A DNA stretch of 64,000 nt from an uncultured archaeon. GTDB taxonomy: Archaea > Iainarchaeota > Iainarchaeia > Iainarchaeales > JAAZKV01. The stretch covers positions 2,940 to 66,939 of the forward strand of contig CAZOVD010000002.1 of the NCBI GenBank assembly GCA_964583285.1, given 5' to 3'. Positions 9,449-19,848 of this stretch are shown here, piece after piece. The number at the start of each line of letters is the position of its first letter. Position 1 is the stretch's first letter. The notes beneath the pieces were generated by a model. That model worked only from the letters and a program-made list of their open reading frames with translations. It ran no database searches and was not told where the DNA came from. The translations under genes were made by a program, and so were the position numbers.

Positions 9449-10105
9449 TCACTCTATATAAGTTTTTTTATAAAGAGCTTTAATTTCATTATCTGATAAA
9501 ACTCTTTCAAATAACATAAAATTCTTTATATCTCCATTAAATTCATAATATGTTCCACCAGCAATGGTAGAGCCAAAAACATTATTTCCATTGCTTAAAG
9601 TCTGACTAGTATCAGCACCCTCGTCTTCTAAAATACCATTGACATAAAGTTTTTGATATGTTCCGGTATTCATACTTGCACAAACAAAATACCAATCAGT
9701 AATATTAAATGTTGTTGTTGCTGTCACCTTTGCTGTTCCACAACCTATACCAAATGTTAATTCATCTGTTGTTGCATCAAAATATAAATCAGTAGAACTT
9801 GGATTACAACCACTTAAAACTCCATTATGAAATAATCCTCTTTGTGTTCCACCAGCGACAGCGTCTCTTTTAATCCACATACAAATAGTATAACCAGTAG
9901 AAATACTTAATGCAGTTCCTAAACTAATATAGTCACTAGTTCCATTCTGACTAATAGCATAACTACCATCTTTAATTTTAATCCAACTACTAGAACCACT
10001 AGTATAAGTAGAACTACCACCTTGTCCATAATTATTTAGAGTAGTTCCTGTTCCTTCAGTCATAGGCAACCATATTTTTAAATTTGCATCATTAAACAAA
10101 GTCAT
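9449..10105 (-). CDS. LamG/concanavalin-like jelly-roll domain protein (receptor-binding candidate)
   Basis: Pattern 'WYFVCASMNTGTYQKLYVNGIL...FNGDIKNFMLFERVLSDNEIKALY' is typical of Laminin-G-like domains. Confidence 0.6.
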   Translation of the reverse strand: MTLFNDANLKIWLPMTEGTGTTLNNYGQGGSSTYTSGSSSWIKIKDGSYAISQNGTSDYISLGTALSISTGYTICMWIKRDAVAGGTQRGLFHNGVLSGCNPSSTDLYFDATTDELTFGIGCGTAKVTATTTFNITDWYFVCASMNTGTYQKLYVNGILEDEGADTSQTLSNGNNVFGSTIAGGTYYEFNGDIKNFMLFERVLSDNEIKALYKKTYIE

Positions 10106-11811
10106 TTTTTAACACCTCTAATAATTGGAGTTATGTTATTATTTTTAGTAAGATTATATAATTCAAGAACTTCGTCTGCTGAAAGAGCTGAATTTAAAAA
10201 TCCAACATCTGTAACTTGTCCATATAAATATTGCTCAGCAGCATTACTTGCTTTTCCTACAACAAAATTATTATTAGTTGTTGGAAAAGTTCCACTCCAA
10301 GCAGTTTGTGTTACATATTCTCCATCTAAATATAATTGTACATTTGAACCATCAAAAACACCAGTTAAAAAATACCATTGTCCCTTAGTAATGGTTCCGC
10401 TACTTACTTCATGGGTTGTACCTGAAGTATTTCCAACTCCAAATCTAAAAGTATTATTATCTGCAAACACTAATCTATATCTTATATCGGCCCAACTTGA
10501 ACTACTCCCTTTTCCACATATTTGAGCAGAATTTGATGCACTTGGATTAATGTTTACCCAACAAAATAAAGTTAAATTATTTCCACTTGGAACTAAGTTA
10601 GTAGTAGACCCCATATCAATATAATCTCCACTTCCATCAAAACTATAAGCACTATTTACTTGCCCTAAATGATTTATTATTAAAACAGCATTTGTAACAG
10701 TCCCATCATTACTTCCAATTAAATCTTTAGCATCATTTCTAAAATCATAATAAGAAATACAATCATCAAAAATAGAATATTTTTTTGGAACAAAATTTTC
10801 ATAAACAAAAACATGATATGTTATTTTGCTTGTTAGAATAATAAATCTGCCATCATCTGAAATTGCAGAAGTATCAACATCATTAACATTATCAGGTTCA
10901 AGAGTTATTACACGACTATTGCCTTTATATACAAATACTTCTGTTCCATCTCTGATAAGGAAATAAGGACTATAAAAACCATTATCTATATATATACCAC
11001 TTGTAGAAAAACCACTTTCAGAATATGTTTCAGTTCCGCTCATATCATATTTTTTTAAAACACCATCATCCCATACAATCACAAATTCATTATTAATAGT
11101 ATCTAATCCACAATCTAATGGATTTACTCCTACTCGGCTAATGCTGGCATCAACAGTATGTGTGGCAGTTTCATAAATACTAACTGTTCCTGAAGCAAAA
11201 TGAACTAATAAATAATCACCAGTATTATCATAAACAACATTGTCAGTATCTCCGCTTGCAAAAGTTGTCCTGCTCCAAGTAGAAGTATCATATTCATATA
11301 ATGTTTGTGTTCCGGTGTATGCATAAGCTGTTACTACTTTGCTTAAATCTTTTTTGTAAATAGTTCCTGTATTATAATCTGAAATATTTTGGTTAATTGT
11401 ACTTAAATTATCAATTTCATATCTTCTAAATTCTCTGAAAGTTCCAGTAACAATCACTTCTGTACTATCTGGTGTAAAATCCATAGCATAAGGCGCATTA
11501 CTTGAACCTAAATTAAGACTATCAGACAAAGACCATGTTGATGTATTGTATGAATAAATACCATATGGACCTCCTGACCATGGACCACTTTCATAAGTAA
11601 CTAGTCTAGAGCTATCCCAATTAAATCTATTTTTAGATACTGAAGCTGATGCATTTGTTAAAGTTGTTTGTAAATTTAAATCAGCCAAGTTAAAAATATA
11701 TACATTATCATCTTTAGAACCTACAGCACACCATTTATTATCGGGCGATATATTTGCTTGATTTGCTTCGTCTGTTAAATTGGTAAATGTTTTAACTAAT
11801 TTAAAGCTCAT
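10102..11811 (-). CDS. beta-propeller (WD40-like) plus C-terminal LamG-like domain tail protein
   Basis: N-terminal 'AVGSKDDNVYIFNL'-type blades. C-terminal 'WYFLTGVFDGSNVQLYLDGEYV...GQVTDVGFLNSALSADEVLELY'. ATG 11811 follows 'gtggtgggataaa'; the track start 11829 is upstream. Confidence 0.6.
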   Translation of the reverse strand: MSFKLVKTFTNLTDEANQANISPDNKWCAVGSKDDNVYIFNLADLNLQTTLTNASASVSKNRFNWDSSRLVTYESGPWSGGPYGIYSYNTSTWSLSDSLNLGSSNAPYAMDFTPDSTEVIVTGTFREFRRYEIDNLSTINQNISDYNTGTIYKKDLSKVVTAYAYTGTQTLYEYDTSTWSRTTFASGDTDNVVYDNTGDYLLVHFASGTVSIYETATHTVDASISRVGVNPLDCGLDTINNEFVIVWDDGVLKKYDMSGTETYSESGFSTSGIYIDNGFYSPYFLIRDGTEVFVYKGNSRVITLEPDNVNDVDTSAISDDGRFIILTSKITYHVFVYENFVPKKYSIFDDCISYYDFRNDAKDLIGSNDGTVTNAVLIINHLGQVNSAYSFDGSGDYIDMGSTTNLVPSGNNLTLFCWVNINPSASNSAQICGKGSSSSWADIRYRLVFADNNTFRFGVGNTSGTTHEVSSGTITKGQWYFLTGVFDGSNVQLYLDGEYVTQTAWSGTFPTTNNNFVVGKASNAAEQYLYGQVTDVGFLNSALSADEVLELYNLTKNNNITPIIRGVKK

Positions 11812-11812
11812 T

Positions 11813-13006
11813 TTATCCCACCACAACATTTACTCCTAAATCAGTTCCAGCAAGTGTTGAACCAACTTGTGTTACAACAACCCATAAAACATCATCATTA
11901 GTCAAATCATCTCTTGCAGCATCAATTGTAGTTCCTGGAGTTCCAACGGTTGCTCCTGAAGTGTCACAACCAGTAATATACAAACCATTAGTAGCACTTT
12001 GTGCTGTTCCTATTTCTATTTCAGTATCACTAGTAAATATACTATCAGTTGAGGCAGTTCCATTTTTTCTAACATCAACTTTTAAAGCACTTCCAGTTGG
12101 AAGACTTGTTAAATTAATTCTAACTTCTTTAACAACTTTTCCTGCTAAATCATCTGGTATTACAATAGGCATGAATGTTGTTGTATAAGCATCTCCTTCA
12201 ATTTGCCTTTCATAAATCATTGAAGCTCCACCACTTCCACCAGTAGGGTCTTGCCAACTAATATCTGTTCCATCGCTTGTTAATACTTGCCCGTTAGTTC
12301 CAACTCCTAACCTATCAGTAGTATTACTAGAATTTCTAATAATAATATCTCCACGAGTTGTCATAGGGTCTGAAAAACCACTACTTGGTGTAGCCCATTT
12401 AACACCACTAGATTCAGCACTATCAGCAGTTAAAACTTGGTCATTAGTTCCAACACCAAGTTTTGTTAAAGTGCTTGAATCAGTAGCTATTAAAATATCT
12501 CCTTTAGTAAAACTAGTTTGACCAGTACCACCTTTGGTTTCATCAATTTCAGTAGCACTCCAAGTTCCTGTAGAGACAGTACCAAGTGTTGTTATATTTA
12601 CTGAACCTGCCCAAGTGCTTATTGCTGTATTTTCTACATTATCAAGTGATAAATCTGTTTTTACTTCAGAATATGTTCTTTCAACTATAACTCCTGTTCC
12701 ATTTCCTTTAATATAACTATTTGAAGTTATTGAAGAAGCTCCTGTTCCGCCATTTGTAACGGGTAAAGCTCCAGTTACTTGACTTGTCAAATCAACAGTT
12801 CCAAAACTAACATTTGTTATAGTATTATTATTTCCATCAATGGTTAAATTTGAAACATTCCTACTATTATCAATTACTTCTGTTCCAGCAATACTTAATG
12901 CGCTTGTATTAATATTATCTGTTCCATCTGTTAATTTATCTTTTATAATATTAGCTCTTGCTGATGTAATTGTATCTCCTGAACTAACTTCTGTTAAATC
13001 TACCAT
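11813..13006 (-). CDS. tail fibre-like protein
   Basis: 397 aa, Thr/Ser/Gly-rich with repeated 'LGVGTN(D/G)QVLT(A/S)D' segments. Confidence 0.5.
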   Translation of the reverse strand: MVDLTEVSSGDTITSARANIIKDKLTDGTDNINTSALSIAGTEVIDNSRNVSNLTIDGNNNTITNVSFGTVDLTSQVTGALPVTNGGTGASSITSNSYIKGNGTGVIVERTYSEVKTDLSLDNVENTAISTWAGSVNITTLGTVSTGTWSATEIDETKGGTGQTSFTKGDILIATDSSTLTKLGVGTNDQVLTADSAESSGVKWATPSSGFSDPMTTRGDIIIRNSSNTTDRLGVGTNGQVLTSDGTDISWQDPTGGSGGASMIYERQIEGDAYTTTFMPIVIPDDLAGKVVKEVRINLTSLPTGSALKVDVRKNGTASTDSIFTSDTEIEIGTAQSATNGLYITGCDTSGATVGTPGTTIDAARDDLTNDDVLWVVVTQVGSTLAGTDLGVNVVVG

Positions 13007-13019
13007 TTTTAATCACCTT

Positions 13020-13502
13020 TTAAATTATAAATACATCCCTTATTTCTCTAAATGAAATATTATATGTCATATTCGGTCCTTCTAAATCAAAATTAGAAGA
13101 TTCAATTATAACAAACATTAATTTTTCTGTAGTTGTACCATTATCTGGCATATCTATACCAAGAGCATAAATTCTTTCACCATCTGAATTGGAATAATCA
13201 AATTGCCCACCTGTTGGATAACTTGTTGCAATTGTATAATAAGCTTCAAGTTTTTCAAAATTTTCCATTTGTGTTTTAATACTTTCATCTGGATTTAGAT
13301 AACCACTAATAGTAATTTTTCTGGTTTGATAATAACTATCCCATGCCTCAGGCATAAATTCAAGTGGTATTTCATCCATTTCAATTGTTTTTGTATGAGA
13401 AAAACTAATTTTATCTGGAGCCTTATCAAATGTATATATTGCTGAACCTGTTTTATTTAAACTCGGATAAGTTCCAGTCGTATTATAAATTCTTACTGCC
13501 AT
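13020..13502 (-). CDS. distal tail protein candidate
   Basis: 160 aa, immediately downstream of the tape measure gene (positional inference only). Confidence 0.4.
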   Translation of the reverse strand: MAVRIYNTTGTYPSLNKTGSAIYTFDKAPDKISFSHTKTIEMDEIPLEFMPEAWDSYYQTRKITISGYLNPDESIKTQMENFEKLEAYYTIATSYPTGGQFDYSNSDGERIYALGIDMPDNGTTTEKLMFVIIESSNFDLEGPNMTYNISFREIRDVFII

Positions 13503-13512
13503 TTAATCACCT

Positions 13513-15279
13513 TTATGCATATTTCCTCATAGTATCTCTTACAAATTGGTCTAGATATTTCTTCATTTCATTACCATCATTTGCATTAACTGTAATATTA
13601 AAAGTCATATTACTTCCATTTCCACCTGCTCCTGGAAGATTATTTCCAAATCTTGTTGCTATAATAGTATCATTTGGATTAGTATAAATTGCTTCACCGT
13701 TAGGCCTTAAAATAACATCCTGTGCTGTTTTTGATTTACTACTTGAAGAATCATTTGAAGCTTTTTTTGCTGCACTTGCTGCTTTCCTTGCTTGTTCAGC
13801 AAAATTTTTGGCTTGACTAACAGCACTATCAATCGCTTTAATTGCTCTAACTGTACTTTTATTAAAATCATTCATAGATGATGTACTACGAATTACAATT
13901 TCATTATTTTTTCCAAACAGACCTATACTTTTTGATACTTCTGTTTGCAATTCAACAAAACCATGCCCACCTTCTCCATGTAAATTCATTGTTGCTGTTT
14001 GTAATTCTGTAAAACCTGTAATTACAAGATTTGCTATTTCAAATAATGAATGTATAGGATTAATTAAATTTATTAATTCTTCAAATACTTTACCTATATC
14101 TCCTGTTACTGCTCCTTGGAATATACCAAATAATTCATCTAATGGACCAATTTGTAATCCTGCTCCTAATAAATTTGCTGCACTATTTGTAGTTCCATCT
14201 TCATTTCCAAACATTTCTGGAAACATATTTTTTAAAGCTTCTGCAAATGATTTAGCTTTTTCTGAACTTTCATCTAAACCAGCATTTACAACATCTGTGA
14301 TGTTTTGTATAAAATCAAGTCCTAATGATTCTGAAAATACTTTAAATGCATTATTAGTTGTATTAGTTTGCAATATTAAATCTTCTAATGCAATATTTAA
14401 TTTTTCTTGCGCTGAACTAACATTTTCTGTACTTGTATTTAATGGGTCTAATCTATCTTTTAATTTTCCTATATCTTCAACTAATTGGTCTTTAAACCCA
14501 TCTAATCCTTTACTTGCCTGCTCAACACCTACATCAACCATTGCTTTTAATACATTAGTTCCTGCATCAATTTGATTCTTAAATTCACCCATATAAGAAT
14601 TCCAATTATCTATTGATTGTGAAGATGCACCAAGTGCACTTAAAATAATAGTTCCTAGTCCAGCAAAAACATCAACAATAAGTTTTTGTTGATTAGCAAA
14701 TATATCTACTAAAAATTTTGTAACTTCACCACCGACAACAACAAGCATTTTCATTAAACCTGTACCTAAAATTAATGCACCTTTACCAAGAGCTTCATTT
14801 GCTCCTTCTACATCGCCAGCTTTTCTTAATTGTGCACTTACTCTCATAGCATTTCTTGCTTCTTGTATATAAGGTTTCATCAAAGCATTAATAAACATCG
14901 CCATTGGTTTCAAAAACATAAGTAATGGCATTAATAATATTGATAACATATCTGCTATCGGTCTTAAAAACATTAATAATATTTTTCCTATTCTATCTAG
15001 CATCATTTGTAATGATTTAGAAGACATTACAAGTCCTGCAATACCTGTAGCAATTCCAAGTAAAGTAAACAAAGGCTTTGCTAACACCATTATACTTCTA
15101 ATAACTCCTGTAATTCCTGAACCAACTTTATTTAAACCTGATTGAATAATTTTTGCACTTCCTATTCCTGCATTTGCTGCACCAGAAGATGCAGACTGAG
15201 TGGCAGCTTTAACTGCTCCAGAAACTGAATTAGTATTTTTTGCTTTTACATTTAAAATAATATCTTGCTGTATTGTCAT
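13513..15279 (-). CDS. tail tape measure protein
   Basis: 588 aa with central hydrophobic helices ('LLMFLRPIADMLSILLMPLLMFLKPM'). Lies directly after the chaperone frameshift pair. Confidence 0.75.
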   Translation of the reverse strand: MTIQQDIILNVKAKNTNSVSGAVKAATQSASSGAANAGIGSAKIIQSGLNKVGSGITGVIRSIMVLAKPLFTLLGIATGIAGLVMSSKSLQMMLDRIGKILLMFLRPIADMLSILLMPLLMFLKPMAMFINALMKPYIQEARNAMRVSAQLRKAGDVEGANEALGKGALILGTGLMKMLVVVGGEVTKFLVDIFANQQKLIVDVFAGLGTIILSALGASSQSIDNWNSYMGEFKNQIDAGTNVLKAMVDVGVEQASKGLDGFKDQLVEDIGKLKDRLDPLNTSTENVSSAQEKLNIALEDLILQTNTTNNAFKVFSESLGLDFIQNITDVVNAGLDESSEKAKSFAEALKNMFPEMFGNEDGTTNSAANLLGAGLQIGPLDELFGIFQGAVTGDIGKVFEELINLINPIHSLFEIANLVITGFTELQTATMNLHGEGGHGFVELQTEVSKSIGLFGKNNEIVIRSTSSMNDFNKSTVRAIKAIDSAVSQAKNFAEQARKAASAAKKASNDSSSSKSKTAQDVILRPNGEAIYTNPNDTIIATRFGNNLPGAGGNGSNMTFNITVNANDGNEMKKYLDQFVRDTMRKYA

Positions 15280-15512
15280 TTTCTACCACTCATCATTTTA
15301 CTTTTTTCTGCCTCTAATTGCATTTTCTTTTCTCTATTTTCTTGGTTTATTATCTTTCCAAAATAATACATTAATACTGCATCTTGGTCAGCTAATCCAC
15401 CATCTGCGGGCAGACAACGAAAGGTTTTACAGATATTATATTGTTCAAATATTGGAACAATATCTTCATCTGTAATTTCCCGTCCTCTCCTTACTGCCCA
15501 TTCTATTTTTCC
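15276..15512 (-). other. -1 frameshift extension of the tail chaperone (GT-like product)
   Basis: The -1 frame is open from the A5 run (15506-15510) to TGA 15276-15278, which overlaps the tape-measure ATG. It has no start codon or SD of its own. Confidence 0.6.
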
Positions 15513-15841
15513 ACAATCTCCTGCTTTGGATAATTAAATTCATCAATGAATTTATCTAATTCTTCTCCATCTTCTGCTTTTATATTATCCAAGTCTTCTT
15601 CTGTACATTTTTTTCCTTTTTGAAGCCAAGGAGCCTCTACAATACATCTCCAAGCACTTTCCATACTTGCAACAGCAGAATCAAATGTAGCAATTCTTTC
15701 TGCTACATTCTTATCATCAGCAATCGCCTGTGTTTTTAGAGCTTTGCTCTGTATTATTTTCTTTTCTCTATATGTTAATCTTCTTATAAGATATTTATCG
15801 CCACTTGGTGCAATAAATTCTTTAGTCTCTGTTTGAACCAT
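15503..15841 (-). CDS. tail assembly chaperone (G-like, frame 0 product)
   Basis: 112 aa acidic protein between the major tail and tape measure genes. Ends GAA AAA TAG. Confidence 0.6.
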   Translation of the reverse strand: MVQTETKEFIAPSGDKYLIRRLTYREKKIIQSKALKTQAIADDKNVAERIATFDSAVASMESAWRCIVEAPWLQKGKKCTEEDLDNIKAEDGEELDKFIDEFNYPKQEIVEK

Positions 15842-15856
15842 TTATATCTCCTCCAT

Positions 15857-16849
15857 TTAGAACGGGTCACTAGCATTTTCATCAAAATCTGAAAATCTTA
15901 CCCCTTCTGCATTAATATTATATGTTTCTTCAACTGCTGAACCATCTAAAGGTAATCTTTTATCTCTTGTTCCAAGTTTTGTTCTTAGAATTTGCCCATA
16001 AACTCCTCTATATGCTGCTGCAGTTGTTGTTTCACTATTATCTAACAAGAAATTTGTTTCAAATTCTGTTCCTGCATCAAACAATGAACCAAATTGTTGA
16101 TAATCACTATAATTAATTGTTATTGAACCATCAACTGTTCTAGTTCCTTGTAATATAGCATCAACTGTTCTAACACCATCTCCGCCACCTGCTGAAAATG
16201 TTCTTTTCATATTATTATTTACAGTAACAGATAAATTTGTTAGATTTGCAACTGATTCACTATTCACATTTATTGTCCCCTTATTATGGTACATATAAGG
16301 ACCTGTACATAATTGAGAATAACTTTCAAGAGAATCTTCTTGTATTGCTGTTTGCGCATATATATCTGCACTTGCTCTTAATGGTTCATTAAGTGATAAT
16401 GTCAAAGTTAATGAATTAACTTTACACCCTGTTAACTTAATTACATCATCTGTTCCACCGTTTTCTAATCCAAACATTAATGAAAAACTCTTAGATTTAT
16501 ATTCAACTGGCGCTGCACAAGTTGATGTACTATCTTCAGTTCCTCCCATATGTTTATAATTAGACCCATTTGTTACAGGAGATGTTGTATCATAATCTCC
16601 AAGTGCTGCAATTATAAATGCTGCATCTTGAACAAACCAATCTACTTTAGCTCCTACAACTTTACTTCCTAATAAAATTGCTCTTGTATTGATATTACCT
16701 GCGCTTGAAACAGGAACTAAAGCATTATCAGCAGTAAAAGTTGGGTCAGCTTGAACCTCACCAATACTTCTATAACCTGTTCCTGGGTCAGTACCGTAGG
16801 TAGATTCAATAGCATAAGCAATTCTTTGATTTACTCCACCTATTGCCAT
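15857..16849 (-). CDS. major tail protein candidate
   Basis: 330 aa, directly upstream of the chaperone pair (canonical order for long-tailed viruses). Confidence 0.5.
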   Translation of the reverse strand: MAIGGVNQRIAYAIESTYGTDPGTGYRSIGEVQADPTFTADNALVPVSSAGNINTRAILLGSKVVGAKVDWFVQDAAFIIAALGDYDTTSPVTNGSNYKHMGGTEDSTSTCAAPVEYKSKSFSLMFGLENGGTDDVIKLTGCKVNSLTLTLSLNEPLRASADIYAQTAIQEDSLESYSQLCTGPYMYHNKGTINVNSESVANLTNLSVTVNNNMKRTFSAGGGDGVRTVDAILQGTRTVDGSITINYSDYQQFGSLFDAGTEFETNFLLDNSETTTAAAYRGVYGQILRTKLGTRDKRLPLDGSAVEETYNINAEGVRFSDFDENASDPF

Positions 16850-16980
16850 TTTTTACCACCTTTTTTCTTTTTATAAGTTTGAGCCTTTGCTTCATCTTCA
16901 TATTCCTGTATAGGAACCTTTTCAGTTTTAGCAAGAGCTTTTTTCTTAATATAATTATTCCATTGGGAATCATCAACCAT
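16840..16980 (-). CDS. small lysine-rich ORF (46 aa)
   Basis: ATG 16980, 2 nt after the upstream stop (TAA 16983-16985). MVDDSQWNNYIKKK...GGKKWQ*. Below the track threshold. Confidence 0.3.
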   Translation of the reverse strand: MVDDSQWNNYIKKKALAKTEKVPIQEYEDEAKAQTYKKKKGGKKWQ

Positions 16981-16982
16981 TT

Positions 16983-17708
16983 TTAACACACTCCATTATA
17001 CCATTGTTGAAATTGGAAAGTTAAAGATATTTCTCTTCTATTTAATCCAAAATCACTATCAAAAGGTATATCTGATACATTCGTTACTCTAGCTTTAATT
17101 AAACCATGTATTGTATTATTGTATCTAATATATCTTATTTTTTGATAAATATCATTTTCTATAAAATCTAATAACTTATCACCTGTATATTTAAACGAAT
17201 TAATAGTATATGAATCTGTATTTCTTGCCCATATACTTACTCTTGTATCAAAATCAATAAATTCACCTTGGTCTCCAACACCAGAAGGAACACTCCCTCC
17301 ACCTGTTCTTAAAAAACCAATTCTTGGAAGTTTTTTATTGTCTTCCACATTTGGTGTTCCTGGGTATATCCAATTTTCCCCATAATAATAAGTTACAGAA
17401 ATATTATCTGTTCCCGAAGTAGGAGCAGTAACAAAAGTAATACTTGGTTTTTCATTACCTCGTCCAAAATCTAAAGAATATTCTCTATTTAATTTTTGTT
17501 CTGTACTTGAAATAGATACAGAATCAATATACATTAATGCTTGCATATAATTATCTGTTATATCATTAGGTGGTGTTAATTCAAATTTAGTAATTATACC
17601 ATTTCCAGAAAAAGTTTCAGTTCTTGAAGTTCCTCTATTTGCAGGGTCCTCTAAGTATTTTCTTAATTCATTAATAAGTGCTGTTTTAAATTTATTTGAA
17701 TCTACCAT
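16983..17708 (-). CDS. tail terminator / neck protein candidate
   Basis: ATG 17708 follows 'caaggtggcgaaagaca'. The track start 17738 is a TTG. Call is by position, between the gp10-like and major tail genes. Confidence 0.4.
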   Translation of the reverse strand: MVDSNKFKTALINELRKYLEDPANRGTSRTETFSGNGIITKFELTPPNDITDNYMQALMYIDSVSISSTEQKLNREYSLDFGRGNEKPSITFVTAPTSGTDNISVTYYYGENWIYPGTPNVEDNKKLPRIGFLRTGGGSVPSGVGDQGEFIDFDTRVSIWARNTDSYTINSFKYTGDKLLDFIENDIYQKIRYIRYNNTIHGLIKARVTNVSDIPFDSDFGLNRREISLTFQFQQWYNGVC

Positions 17709-17774
17709 TGTCTTTCGCCACCTTGCGAATAAATGCAATCACCACCTCGCAATTACATTCTTTAAAAATATTTA

Positions 17775-17800
17775 TTTTTTATCATTTATAAATATAATTT
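17775..17800 (-). promoter_or_regulatory. late-type promoter motif copy 2
   Basis: Exact 18-mer tcatttataaatataatt at 17782-17799, overlapping the stop of the upstream gene. Confidence 0.55.
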
Positions 17801-18200
17801 AAAGTTCTTTATTCTTTGCTTTATTTAGTGTTAAATTAATAGCTGGTTCAACAAATGGAGACGCTTTAATACCTTTAACTTTATGCCCTTTAGAAAACCG
17901 TCTTTGGCCTTCTTGTATCCAAGAAAGTGCTTTTTTATATTTAGGAAAAATAGAATGGTCTTTTGTTCCAAATTCAATATATGCCGCATATTCAGCTTCT
18001 ATATGTATTTGGTAATCATGTTTACCTATTTTTTTATAAGAAATAGAATTAATTAAATTACCAGTTTTAATATGGCCTTGCACTCTAAGATTATTTTTCA
18101 TTTCAGTAACCATTCGTTTAGTTAGTTCTTCCATAAATAAATCTAGCCAATCATCAAATACTTTTTGTATTTCATCAATATTGTTTATATCTTTTTCCAT
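17799..18200 (-). CDS. HK97 gp10-like head-tail joining protein
   Basis: 'IKTGNLINSISYKK...EAEYAAYIEFGT' matches the gp10-family signature (TGxLxxSI ... YAxYxEFGT). Confidence 0.65.
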   Translation of the reverse strand: MEKDINNIDEIQKVFDDWLDLFMEELTKRMVTEMKNNLRVQGHIKTGNLINSISYKKIGKHDYQIHIEAEYAAYIEFGTKDHSIFPKYKKALSWIQEGQRRFSKGHKVKGIKASPFVEPAINLTLNKAKNKEL

Positions 18201-18204
18201 ATTA

Positions 18205-18594
18205 TCATGCTGTATCTTGTTTTCTTATAATCATGTAACTCTTTACTGCAGTTGAAAAATTATAAGATTCAAGAGCATCTGAAAAAATAGGCTTTTCCAT
18301 TAATTCTTTAACAATATATTCTTGTCCACCTATTATTAAATGGTCATTAATATTAATATCTGCTTCGCCTTTAACTGTTAAATTAAAAGTATTTTCATCA
18401 AGAGTTGTCGGATTCATTATTCTTTCTCTTTTTGTGAAACTATAAATAAATCCTCTTATACTAGATGTTGTGTATGTTTCAATTGGGTCACCAGTTTGAT
18501 TATCAAAATATCTAGTGGTATTTTTTAAAGTGATTAAAGTTCCAAATTCATCAATAAACGCATCAACATCATCTTGTGGGTCAAAACCTGACAT
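18205..18594 (-). CDS. head-tail adaptor/closure protein candidate
   Basis: 129 aa; position between the connector-like and gp10-like genes. Confidence 0.4.
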   Translation of the reverse strand: MSGFDPQDDVDAFIDEFGTLITLKNTTRYFDNQTGDPIETYTTSSIRGFIYSFTKRERIMNPTTLDENTFNLTVKGEADININDHLIIGGQEYIVKELMEKPIFSDALESYNFSTAVKSYMIIRKQDTA

Positions 18595-18598
18595 TTAA

Positions 18599-19351
18599 TC
18601 ACCTAATTCTTTGATTGTAATAATTAAACCTATTAACATCATCTGGATTATCTAAATTATCTCTTTTCGCAGGTTGTCTAATACTATTTGGAAATTGTGT
18701 TGCGCCACTATTGCCTTTCCATAATACAACCCTTCTTGGTTTGTATTTTCCTAATAATTCCATTTTTCTTTCAATTTGGTCTTTCATTAGGTCTTTAAAT
18801 GTATTATAATCTCTATTAATAGAAAAACCACTTGTTGATTGACTTGATACACCTCTTTTAAATGCTCTAGTCATTTGATATCTTATTGCATACTCCATTG
18901 CATAGCAATAATTTAATTCTTCTAATTCACTTGTTACTTGAGAATCCGTTATTGGGTATCTTGTCCATCTATAAGTAACATATATATTTGCTCCTGAAGT
19001 TGGGTATCCTGAGTTTAAAGTAAAATAGCCATCAATTAAATCTATTGATGCTACCTGAGCTGTAATATCGTTTTCAATTGTTCCGTCAGAATTAATTTCT
19101 TCAACTTTAATATCATCTTTATTAACAGTACCATCTAAATTATCATCTGCTAAATACTGATGAGAAAAATAATATCTGTCTTCCCCATCTACAGTTGTTT
19201 TACCTATATATTCACGTCTCCTTAAAATATAACATTCATCTCTTAAAGTTCGTGCACCTCTATTAATAAAATCTGTAATAATTGTATCACTTATTTCTGC
19301 TGTTGAAAAAGTACTATCTTGTCTAAATTTACTAATTGTTATATAAGCCAT
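18599..19351 (-). CDS. head-tail connector candidate
   Basis: 250 aa, first gene after late promoter copy 3. Positional inference. Confidence 0.35.
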   Translation of the reverse strand: MAYITISKFRQDSTFSTAEISDTIITDFINRGARTLRDECYILRRREYIGKTTVDGEDRYYFSHQYLADDNLDGTVNKDDIKVEEINSDGTIENDITAQVASIDLIDGYFTLNSGYPTSGANIYVTYRWTRYPITDSQVTSELEELNYCYAMEYAIRYQMTRAFKRGVSSQSTSGFSINRDYNTFKDLMKDQIERKMELLGKYKPRRVVLWKGNSGATQFPNSIRQPAKRDNLDNPDDVNRFNYYNQRIR

Positions 19352-19375
19352 TATTTCACCTTATTATAAAATTTT

Positions 19376-19402
19376 TATTTTTATCATTTATAAATATAAT
19401 TA
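19376..19402 (-). promoter_or_regulatory. late-type promoter motif copy 3
   Basis: Exact 18-mer at 19383-19400, about 40 nt upstream of ATG 19351. Leader carries 'aaggtgaaataATG'. Confidence 0.6.
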
Positions 19403-19403
19403 A

Positions 19404-19550
19404 CTATTTTTTATCAAAATTCTTAGTAATATCATAACTCAATAAAGCCAAACAACAACCAGCAAAAACGGCAGGCAAACCATGTATAAAATATAAATAA
19501 CTAATAAAAAATAAAAAAAGAATTAACCTAAAAATTAAATTAACATTCAT
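19404..19550 (-). CDS. small hydrophobic membrane peptide (48 aa)
   Basis: ATGA overlap with the upstream stop. MNVNLIFRLILFLFFISYLYFIHGLPAVFAGCCLALL... Below the track threshold. Confidence 0.4.
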   Translation of the reverse strand: MNVNLIFRLILFLFFISYLYFIHGLPAVFAGCCLALLSYDITKNFDKK

Positions 19551-19834
19551 TCAACTTCACTATCCATATCTTCAGGAACAATAGACTCATCCCAACCCTG
19601 TTGCTTACAAACTTCAACATAAACTTCCCTATGATTATTCCATCTTTCATAAAAGTCAGTTCTTTCATCACCAGAAAGAATAACCATATAATTAGGATTA
19701 ACTCTTTCTCCATTAATAAAAGTACCAAAATAAAGATTAATAGTTTTAACAGGAACATCTAATTCAAATTGCTCAACTTTAGTACAAACAACATTATTTT
19801 CAACTCCATTAATTTCAACAAAAATCCCAGCCAT
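19547..19834 (-). CDS. hypothetical protein
   Basis: 95 aa with SD 'agggagtgatttaattATG'. Confidence 0.5.
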   Translation of the reverse strand: MAGIFVEINGVENNVVCTKVEQFELDVPVKTINLYFGTFINGERVNPNYMVILSGDERTDFYERWNNHREVYVEVCKQQGWDESIVPEDMDSEVE

Positions 19835-19848
19835 AATTAAATCACTCC

